Shown one piece after another: positions 57,227-64,000 of a stretch of 64,000 nucleotides of DNA (position 1 is its first letter; the number at the start of each line of letters is the position of its first letter). The translations under genes were made by a program, and so were the position numbers. The notes under the pieces are model-generated. The model was not told where the DNA came from and did not search any database. It saw nothing but the letters and a program-made list of their open reading frames with translations. The stretch is from Ferrovibrionaceae bacterium (lineage in GTDB: Bacteria; Pseudomonadota; Alphaproteobacteria; Ferrovibrionales; Ferrovibrionaceae), in assembly GCA_965229335.1 (NCBI GenBank), contig OZ245874.1, forward strand, positions 5,860,736-5,924,735, given 5' to 3'.

Positions 57227-59074
57227 CTAACCCGCGCGGATCTGGCTGAGGAACCGGCCCACTTCCTGGCGCAGGCGGCTTGCCTGACCCGAGAGTTCGC
57301 CGGAGGCGCCGAGTACCTGGTCGGCGGCATGGCCGGCTTCCTTGGCCGAGGTCGAGACGCGGACGACGTTGTTGGAGACGACACGCGTCCCCTCGGCCGC
57401 TTCCTCGACGCTGCGGGCGATCTCGGTGGTCGCCGCGCCCTGCTCCTCCACCGCGGCGGCGATCGAGCCCGAGATCTCGCTGATCTCGCCGATCACGTTT
57501 GAGATGTTGCGGATCGCCTCGACCGCCTCCTGGGTGGTCGCCTGGACCGTCGCGATCTGCTGGCCGATATCCTCGGTCGCTTTCGACGTCTGGTTGGCCA
57601 GGTTCTTGACCTCGGAAGCGACGACCGCGAACCCCTTGCCGGCCTCGCCCGCCCGGGCGGCCTCGATCGTCGCGTTCAGGGCCAGCAGGTTGGTCTGGCC
57701 GGCGATCTGGTTGATCAGGTTCACCACCTCGCCGATCTTCTCGGCCGAGGTCGCGAGGCTGCGCACGATTTCGTCGGTATGACGGGCATGGGTCACCGCG
57801 CCCTGGGCAATCCGCGACGACTTCGCCACCTGCCCGGAAATCTCGCGGATCGAGGCGGCAAGCTGTTCGGAGGCGGAGGCGACGGTCTGCACGTTGCTGG
57901 CAGCCTGTTCAGACGCCGAGGCCGCGGCCAGCGACTGCTGTTCGGTCTCGCCGGCGATGCCGGTCATGCTCTGGGCTGTCGCGTTCAGCTGGGTTGCCGC
58001 CGAGGCGACGGTCTCGACGACACCGCCGACCGCATGCTCGAAGCTCGAGGCCAGGGTCATCAGCTCGGCCTTGCGCCGGGCTTCGGCCTCGGCCCGCAGG
58101 CGCTCCTGCTCGGCCCGGCGCTCGGCGTCGGCCCGCGCCTCGGCTTCCTGCTTCTCGCGTTCGCGGCGTGCCTCGGCTGCCCGGGTCTCCTCCTCGTGAC
58201 GGCGCCGCTCCTCGGCGGCCAGGCGCTCGCGCTCGGCCTGCTCGGCCTTCATCGCGGCCTCACGCAGCCGGTTCTGCTCGGCCTCGGCAGCCAGCCGTTC
58301 ACCCTCGATCAGCCCCTGCTTGAAGGTCTCGACGGCCTCGGCGATCTCGCCGATCTCGTCGGCGCGGCCGCGATACGGTACCTCGGTATCGAGCTTGCGC
58401 TGGCTCAGCGCCTCCATCGTACGCAGCGTCACACCCAGAGGCACAAGGAACGAGTTCCTGATGACCCAGACGGCGATGGCGAGCGAGACGGCGATGCCGA
58501 TCGCGGCGCAGGTGACCAGCAGCCAGACCAGGCGATCATAGGCGGCATCCATCGCGTCGTTGATCGCAGTCGCGGCCTGGAAGGCTTGCTGCGAGAACCG
58601 ATCGACTTCTTCGTTCAGCTTCTGCCGGTTGGCCCGGTTGGTCTCGTTGTCGCCATAGGCACGAGCCTTGGCCGGCCCTTCTTCGCGGCCGAGCCGCACC
58701 AGTTCGGTCCGGAACCGGATAAATTCATCCAGGGCGGCATAGAGCTGCGTCGCCGGGGCGACACCCAGTTCCTGCTCGACCTTGCGCATCTCGTCGGCCC
58801 GCTTGCGCATCTGGTCGAAGAACTTGAGCATACCGTCGCCAAAGCGCGCGGTGGCGGCGGCGTCGGCCGACATGTAGACGCCGCGGCTGTCCATCACGAC
58901 GGCGTAGACCAGTGCATTCATCTGCTCGCCCAGCAGCGACCGTCGCGCCGCGAGCTCGACCTTGTTCGCCTGGTCATTGAAGTCGCCGAGCGCCTTGACG
59001 CCGATACCGGCAAGCCCGATGCCGACGACGGAAAGAATACCTACGATGCCGAGCAGCTTTGTCGAGATGCGCAT
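57227..59074 (-). CDS. Methyl-accepting chemotaxis protein (third paralog)
   Basis: 615 aa with the same TM, sensor, TM, HAMP, charged linker, MA architecture. It is more diverged at the nucleotide level than copies A and B are from each other. Confidence 0.9.
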   Translation of the reverse strand: MRISTKLLGIVGILSVVGIGLAGIGVKALGDFNDQANKVELAARRSLLGEQMNALVYAVVMDSRGVYMSADAAATARFGDGMLKFFDQMRKRADEMRKVEQELGVAPATQLYAALDEFIRFRTELVRLGREEGPAKARAYGDNETNRANRQKLNEEVDRFSQQAFQAATAINDAMDAAYDRLVWLLVTCAAIGIAVSLAIAVWVIRNSFLVPLGVTLRTMEALSQRKLDTEVPYRGRADEIGEIAEAVETFKQGLIEGERLAAEAEQNRLREAAMKAEQAERERLAAEERRRHEEETRAAEARREREKQEAEARADAERRAEQERLRAEAEARRKAELMTLASSFEHAVGGVVETVASAATQLNATAQSMTGIAGETEQQSLAAASASEQAASNVQTVASASEQLAASIREISGQVAKSSRIAQGAVTHARHTDEIVRSLATSAEKIGEVVNLINQIAGQTNLLALNATIEAARAGEAGKGFAVVASEVKNLANQTSKATEDIGQQIATVQATTQEAVEAIRNISNVIGEISEISGSIAAAVEEQGAATTEIARSVEEAAEGTRVVSNNVVRVSTSAKEAGHAADQVLGASGELSGQASRLRQEVGRFLSQIRAG

Positions 59075-59239
59075 TTTCCCGCTCTCCCGCTAATGAAACA
59101 TTTGACGGGAGTACGATGGTGCCGGGACCGGAATACCTCAATCCAACATGTGATATTTTATGTAAAGTCCTGTCACAATCGCCACGTGTGCGTTGCAACA
59201 TGGGTTGTTCGATACCGCGGCGTCCAACTCTCTGCGACT

Positions 59240-60490
59240 CTATCGCAGCAGGCCCAGACTTCCAAACAGCCCGGGCAACAAGCGCCGATAGCTCATCCGG
59301 GTGCCAAGGTGACGGCCCTGCGCCTCAGCCAGCGCCGCGCGCTCGGCCGGCCGCGTCAGAAGATCGTCGATGCGGTCGAGCATGCCGGGCATGTCGGAAA
59401 ACGACATGCGGGGTTCGAGTTCGCCCCAGACACCGACACCGTCGAAGCATTGCGCCTGCACCAACACGCCGCCGCATTCGACAATTTCGCGTGGCCGGTT
59501 ATAGAGGGCGGTATCGAACGACAGGCTGCCGAAATCGATCGACAGGCTGGAGCGCGCATAGCGGAAGCCGCGCAGCTTCGCCTCCTCCGGCCGCGCAGGA
59601 ATTCCGACCTTCGGCCAGAAATCGCCGAACAGCATCAGCCGGTCGCCGAGATGGCGGTGCAGCCGCGCGACCTCCACCCGCCGCTTGCGACCCTTGGCAT
59701 CATGGGCCAGCGCGTCGGCGACCCGGCCGCGCCACAGCCGGGTCGCGGCATCGTCGCCGGCCGTATCGGCACGAGCGTGGAGGAACTGCTCGATACGCGC
59801 ATGGATCGCCGGCACGTCGAGTTCGGCGATGTCCGGCGTCGCAGCGGCAAAATCGTCGAGGGCGGGTTGAAAGACCGCGTCATGGTCCTGGCCGGGATTG
59901 CCGAGATAGACGACGCCGTCATGGACGAGGCCGCGGCCGCCATCGGCCATGCCGGCAAGCGTATTGGCGATCAGCTCGGCCATCGTCACCCGCTGCCGGC
60001 AATGCGTCGCCGGCCGCAGCCAGCCATAACTGTCGAGGCCCACGGCCGGATCGGCCCAGTATCCCTCGGCCGTGCCGAACGGCAGGTGGACGATGCGGGT
60101 CATGCCGAGTGCGGCAAGGCGCGCCATCTCGCGCCGGCAGGGCACTGCCAGCCAGAAATTGCCCTGCGCCAGATAGTCGTCGGGCGGCGACGGCTGCGCC
60201 TCGCGGATGTTCCACACCTCCATGAACAGCGAGCCGAAGGCAATGTCGACGATCGGCGGCGCACCGGCCGGCGCGAAACCGGCGAGTGGCGCAAAGCCGA
60301 ACGAACCGAACCAGTCCGAGGTGATGACGAGATCGAGCGGCACGCGCGACAATCCGGCGACGGCATCGGGGGTGGCCAGATCGACATCGCGGCGCAGGCG
60401 CAGCACGTCGTGGCCGAGGTCGAGCAGGCTGGAGGCGAGCGCGCGGAATTCCTCGATGCGCCAGCGGTTCTCGATCAGGCAGACACGCAT
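59240..60490 (-). CDS. CgeB-like/group-1-like glycosyltransferase family protein (uncertain)
   Basis: The real protein starts at MRVCLIENRW (ATG 60490); the upstream part of the track ORF is antisense noise. The C-terminal YARSSLSIDFGS...YNRPREIVECGGVLVQ...MLDRIDDLLTRPAERAAL resembles Glyco_trans_1_2 domains. From memory. Confidence 0.5.
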   Translation of the reverse strand: MRVCLIENRWRIEEFRALASSLLDLGHDVLRLRRDVDLATPDAVAGLSRVPLDLVITSDWFGSFGFAPLAGFAPAGAPPIVDIAFGSLFMEVWNIREAQPSPPDDYLAQGNFWLAVPCRREMARLAALGMTRIVHLPFGTAEGYWADPAVGLDSYGWLRPATHCRQRVTMAELIANTLAGMADGGRGLVHDGVVYLGNPGQDHDAVFQPALDDFAAATPDIAELDVPAIHARIEQFLHARADTAGDDAATRLWRGRVADALAHDAKGRKRRVEVARLHRHLGDRLMLFGDFWPKVGIPARPEEAKLRGFRYARSSLSIDFGSLSFDTALYNRPREIVECGGVLVQAQCFDGVGVWGELEPRMSFSDMPGMLDRIDDLLTRPAERAALAEAQGRHLGTRMSYRRLLPGLFGSLGLLR

Positions 60491-60501
60491 CGCCGGCGCA
60501 C

Positions 60502-61371
60502 TCAGGGGATGAAGCGCCGCTCGGCCGCCTTCATCTCGGCGACACGCTGCAGGCGGAAGATTTCCTCGACCGCGACGATGTCGCGGTCGGCCCCGGCAAT
60601 GCCGCCCTCGGCGCGGATGCGGCGGAAAACCGCCTGCATCGCGGTCACCGCCGCACGGATCGCGTGGTTGCCGTAGATCACCAGCCCGACCTTGCCCGTC
60701 GCCCGCATTCGCGCCTCGTCGAGATCGGGATAAAGCGTCGGCACAAGGGCCAGCGGCACCGGCCCGTCCCAGGCCGCGATGAAGGCCATCACCTCGTCCG
60801 GCGTGCGCTGCTTCGAATGGACCAGGACCAGATCGGCCCCGGCGGCCGCATAGGCACGGGCGCGGGCAAGCGCCTCGCCCTGGCCGAGGCCGGCGATCAG
60901 CGCCTCGGTCCGCGCGATCACGACGAAGCCGGCATCGCGGCGCACCGACAGCGCGGCGGCGATCTTGCCGGTGAATTCCTCCGTGCCGACCAGTTCCTGC
61001 CGCCCGCCGGCAAGTAGGCTGGTGTCCTTGGGAAACCGCTTGTCCTCGATGACCACCGCGGCGACGCCGGCACGTTCGTAGGCACCGACGACATGCATCA
61101 CGTTGACCGCATTGCCGTAGCCGGTATCGAGATCGGCGATGACCGGCAGGGCGGTCTGCTCCGCCATTGCGCGGGTCATGTCGAGATGCTGGCCATAGGA
61201 CAGCAGGCTCGCATCGGGCACGCCATAAGCCGCCGACAGTTCGAAACCCGACGCCCAGATCGCGTCGAACCCCGCCTCCTCGGCAAGGCGCGCCGACAAC
61301 GGGTTGTGCGCCGACATCGCATGGGCCAGCCCGGCGGCGATACGGGCGCGCAATTGCGCCGCGCGGCTCAT
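60502..61371 (-). CDS. PEP mutase/phosphonopyruvate hydrolase-clade member of the isocitrate lyase/PEP mutase superfamily
   Basis: 289 aa. It has SGFELSAAYGVPD, ADLDTGYGN and IEDKRFPKDTS (EDK-x5-TS, no KRCGH Cys loop). This excludes PrpB/ICL-type members and points to the PepM/PPH branch. Confidence 0.7.
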   Translation of the reverse strand: MSRAAQLRARIAAGLAHAMSAHNPLSARLAEEAGFDAIWASGFELSAAYGVPDASLLSYGQHLDMTRAMAEQTALPVIADLDTGYGNAVNVMHVVGAYERAGVAAVVIEDKRFPKDTSLLAGGRQELVGTEEFTGKIAAALSVRRDAGFVVIARTEALIAGLGQGEALARARAYAAAGADLVLVHSKQRTPDEVMAFIAAWDGPVPLALVPTLYPDLDEARMRATGKVGLVIYGNHAIRAAVTAMQAVFRRIRAEGGIAGADRDIVAVEEIFRLQRVAEMKAAERRFIP

Positions 61372-61751
61372 GCCGCGGCCATCCCTTCGATTTCGACGAG
61401 ATAGTCGGGATGGGCCAGGCCCGCCACGACCAGCAGCGTCGCGGCCGGGGCATGCCCGCCCAGCAGGCGATTGCGGATCTCGCGATAGGCGGCGACATCG
61501 CCGGCACGGGTGATGAACACGGTGATCTTGACCAGGTTGCCCACGGCCATGCCGTCGGCAGCCAGCACGGCCAGCAGGTTGAGCAGCGCGCGTTCCATCT
61601 GCGCCGCGAAACCGTCGGCCACTCGCCCGTCGGGCGCCACCCCGACCTGGCCCGAGACATGCAGCCAGCGCGCCGACTGCGGCGCGGAGACGCCCTGGCT
61701 GTAGCGCGACGCCGGCGCCGCGATATCGGAAGGATTGATCAGCTTCAGCAT
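61368..61751 (-). CDS. RidA/YjgF family protein
   Basis: 127 aa. SRYSQGV...LHVSGQVG...NLVKITVFI...YLVEIEG is the RidA pattern. Its stop overlaps the downstream start as ATGA. Confidence 0.85.
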   Translation of the reverse strand: MLKLINPSDIAAPASRYSQGVSAPQSARWLHVSGQVGVAPDGRVADGFAAQMERALLNLLAVLAADGMAVGNLVKITVFITRAGDVAAYREIRNRLLGGHAPAATLLVVAGLAHPDYLVEIEGMAAA

Positions 61752-61871
61752 GGCGGGGCCCCCGAGTCGTGTCTTCGATCGGCGAAGATTACGTCATAAG
61801 TCGCGACTCGCTGCCAAATAGCTTGACGCCGCGCGCCGGCGGGCCTCACAAACTTTGTTGACCGCGCAACC

Positions 61872-63902
61872 ATGCAAGACGTTCCACCGATGACCATGAC
61901 GCTCGTGCACAGCCATGACCATGCCCTGGTCGTGCTGTCGTATGTGGTTGCCTTCTTCGCCTCCTATACGGCGCTCGACATGGGCGGCCGACTGGCCATC
62001 GCGTCCAGCCCGGCGTCGCGCCGGCTGTGGCTGGCCGGTTCGTCGGTCGTGCTGGGCGGCGGCATCTGGTCGATGCATTTCATCGCGATGCTGGCCTTCA
62101 CCGTCACGGTGCCGGTCAGCTACGACATCGGGCTGACGCTGCTGTCGCTCGTCATCGCCATTGCCCTCACCGCCGTGGGCTTCCATCTGGTCGAGACGCG
62201 GCTGACCCCGACACGCCTGGTCGCGGCGGGCATCATCGTCGGGGCCGGCGTCGCCGCCATGCACTATACCGGCATGGCCGCGGTGGTCCTGCCCGGCCGG
62301 CTGATCTACAGCCCGGTGCTCGTCGCGGCCTCGGGCCTCATCGCCGTGGTGGCGGCCACCGCCGCCCTCTACCTCGCCCTGTCGGTGCGCCGGATCGGCC
62401 CCAAGCTCGCCGCCGCGGCGATCATGGGGGTCGCCATCTGCGGCATGCATTATACCGGCATGGCGGCGATGACCGTCTCGGCCGACCCCACGGCGCTGCA
62501 GACCATGTCTTCGAGCCTGTCGCGCCCGCTGCTGGCGCTGGCGGTCGCCTGCGGCACGTTCCTGATCCTGTGCCTGGCGCTGGTCTCGGTCTTCGTCGAC
62601 CGCCGGCTCGAAGCCCTTGCCGAGCGCGAGGCCCAACAGCTGCGCCGTGCACGCGACGATCTCGAGGCCCGGGTGCTCGAGCGCACCGCCGAACTGGCCG
62701 AGGCCAATACCCGGCTGACCGCGGCGGCAGCGGATCTGGAGGCGGCGCGCCGTCGCGCCGAAAGCGCCAACCACGCGAAATCCGACTTCCTGGCGAACAT
62801 GAGCCACGAGTTGCGCACGCCGATGAATTCGATCCTCGGTTTTGCGCAACTGCTGATGCGCAGCACGCGCGACCCGCTGACCGACCGCCAGGCCCGGCAG
62901 GTCGGCCTGATCGTCAAGTCGGGCAATCATCTGCTCAGGCTGATCGACGACGTGCTCGATTTTTCGCGCATCGAGACCGGTGCGATCAAGCTGTCGCTGG
63001 AGCCGGTCTGGCTGCCCGAGATGGCGGACGAGGTGCACACGAACCTGGTGGCGCTGGCCCAACGCTTCGACGTGCTGCTGCGGACCGAGCTCGACGGCGA
63101 CTTGCCCCCGGTGCTGGCCGACCGCACCCGGCTGATCCAGGTGATGATCAACCTGGGGACGAACGCCATCAAGTATAACCGCCCCGGCGGCGAGGTCGTC
63201 ATCACCGCCGTGGCCGACGGAGCCGACCGGCTGCGCCTGACGGTGCGCGACACCGGGCACGGGATCGCACCAGGCCAGTTGGAAGCCTTGTTCGAGCCGT
63301 TCAACCGGCTGGGCGCCGAACAGGGCAACGTCGAGGGCACGGGCATCGGCCTGACGATCACCAAGCGGCTGGTCGAGCTGATGAACGGCCGCATCTCGGT
63401 CGATTCCGAAGTCGGCAAGGGTTCGGTCTTCGCGGTCTCGCTGCCGGTGACGACGTCGGCGCGTCCGCAGGCTCCGGCCCATGGTGCGACCGGCATGGCC
63501 GCCCGGCCGGGCAACCGGCGCAAGCTGCTCTATGTCGAGGACAATCCGTCCAACATCGAACTGATGCGCGACCTGATCGACACGCTGCCGGGTTTCGAGC
63601 TGCTGGTCGCGGACCGCGCATCGACCGGCCTCGACCTCGCGCGGGCGCATCGCCCCGACGTCATCGTCCTCGACATCAACCTGCCGGGCATGAGCGGGAT
63701 CGAATTGCTCGGCGAGCTCAAGCGTCGGCCGGAAACGGCATCGACACCCGTGCTGGCCCTGTCGGCCGCCGCGATGGACCGCGAGATCCGGCGCGGCCAC
63801 GACGCCGGCTTCCGCCACTATCTGACCAAGCCGCTCGATATCTCGGCGTTCCTCGCCGCGCTCGAGGACGTGCTGGGCGGCAAGCTTTCGGAGGGGGCCT
63901 GA
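61872..63902 (+). CDS. MHYT-domain hybrid sensor histidine kinase (MHYT x3, HisKA, HATPase, REC)
   Basis: Three membrane repeats are present (WSMHFIAM, AAMHYTGMAA, CGMHYTGMAA). They are followed by a coiled coil, the H-box (SHELRTPMNSILGF), N/G boxes and a C-terminal receiver (LLYVEDNPSNIEL...VIVLDINLPGMSG). Confidence 0.9.
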   Translation: MQDVPPMTMTLVHSHDHALVVLSYVVAFFASYTALDMGGRLAIASSPASRRLWLAGSSVVLGGGIWSMHFIAMLAFTVTVPVSYDIGLTLLSLVIAIALTAVGFHLVETRLTPTRLVAAGIIVGAGVAAMHYTGMAAVVLPGRLIYSPVLVAASGLIAVVAATAALYLALSVRRIGPKLAAAAIMGVAICGMHYTGMAAMTVSADPTALQTMSSSLSRPLLALAVACGTFLILCLALVSVFVDRRLEALAEREAQQLRRARDDLEARVLERTAELAEANTRLTAAAADLEAARRRAESANHAKSDFLANMSHELRTPMNSILGFAQLLMRSTRDPLTDRQARQVGLIVKSGNHLLRLIDDVLDFSRIETGAIKLSLEPVWLPEMADEVHTNLVALAQRFDVLLRTELDGDLPPVLADRTRLIQVMINLGTNAIKYNRPGGEVVITAVADGADRLRLTVRDTGHGIAPGQLEALFEPFNRLGAEQGNVEGTGIGLTITKRLVELMNGRISVDSEVGKGSVFAVSLPVTTSARPQAPAHGATGMAARPGNRRKLLYVEDNPSNIELMRDLIDTLPGFELLVADRASTGLDLARAHRPDVIVLDINLPGMSGIELLGELKRRPETASTPVLALSAAAMDREIRRGHDAGFRHYLTKPLDISAFLAALEDVLGGKLSEGA

Positions 63903-64000
63903 TGATACCGATCGCCGATGGTGTGCTGCGGGCCGCGCGGATCCTGATCGTCGACGACAACGAGACCAATGTCGAACTGATCCGGGCCCTGCTCGAAGAC
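63902..64000 (+). CDS. Response regulator receiver protein, 5' fragment (continues beyond the window)
   Basis: My translation is MIPIADGVLRAARILIVDDNETNVELIRALLED. The ATG overlaps the kinase TGA by 1 nt. Confidence 0.7.
   Translation, partial: MIPIADGVLRAARILIVDDNETNVELIRALLED

Noticed and set aside
57779-60676. 965-aa plus-strand ORF
   Set aside because: It runs antisense through the third MCP, the glycosyltransferase-like gene and the PPH-like gene. The product is low-complexity.
61794-63818. 674-aa minus-strand ORF
   Set aside because: It is antisense to the MHYT hybrid kinase.
1-64000. CRISPR arrays, rRNA genes, IS elements, prophage structural modules
   Set aside because: A visual scan found no regularly spaced short repeats, no rRNA-like sequence, no transposase-like ORF, and no capsid, tail or terminase-like ORFs. 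A computational scan (CRISPRCasFinder, barrnap, ISEScan) would be needed to confirm.

Overview
High-GC (by eye >65% G+C, not computed), alphaproteobacterium-like chromosomal window. The core includes a thrS-infC ... rpmI-rplT-pheS-pheT translation cluster, lepA, cspA, cpdB and a FixL/FixJ oxygen-sensing module with an extra single-domain receiver. It also holds an OmpR/EnvZ-type pair next to mipA, three MCP genes, an MHYT hybrid kinase, and many one-component regulators (IclR, PadR, LysR, GlxA, AraC x2) beside small catabolic units such as an esterase, hydrolase, nitrilase and Rieske oxygenase. The accessory part is the most interesting. An ~8.0-kb integrative island sits in tRNA-Ser(GGA) at 33207-41214, bounded by a perfect 17-bp direct repeat. 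It carries a tyrosine integrase, a 422-aa orphan in which I can hand-align family-A (PolA-like) polymerase motifs, and a serine recombinase. It also carries a strikingly AT-rich gene whose product has an RNDIEH (Rx4H, HEPN-type) motif followed by three CxxC...CxxC zinc ribbons. Two Shine-Dalgarno-preceded hydrophobic mini-ORFs and phased GGTAC repeats lie in the same island. My top candidate for an undescribed system is this island cargo, read as a minimal-polymerase replicon or defence module plus a HEPN/Zn-ribbon effector. Just outside attR is a second accessory stretch at 41256-44759. It encodes an HNH nuclease with a PUA/EVE-like N-domain (type IV restriction-like), a Cys-rich secreted protein, an RHH protein and a double-HTH XRE regulator. 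Other points worth a second look are a PEP-mutase-clade enzyme with EDKx5TS instead of EDKx5NS (phosphonopyruvate-hydrolase-like), two tandem MCP genes homogenised over ~1.1 kb, an orphan NepR-like mini-protein, and a His-rich PadR with a perfect 14-bp inverted repeat operator. No rRNA, CRISPR array or IS element was seen. Many long ORFs in the supplied track are antisense shadow ORFs typical of high-GC DNA and were rejected. All family assignments come from reading translations and motifs by eye. No database search was run.
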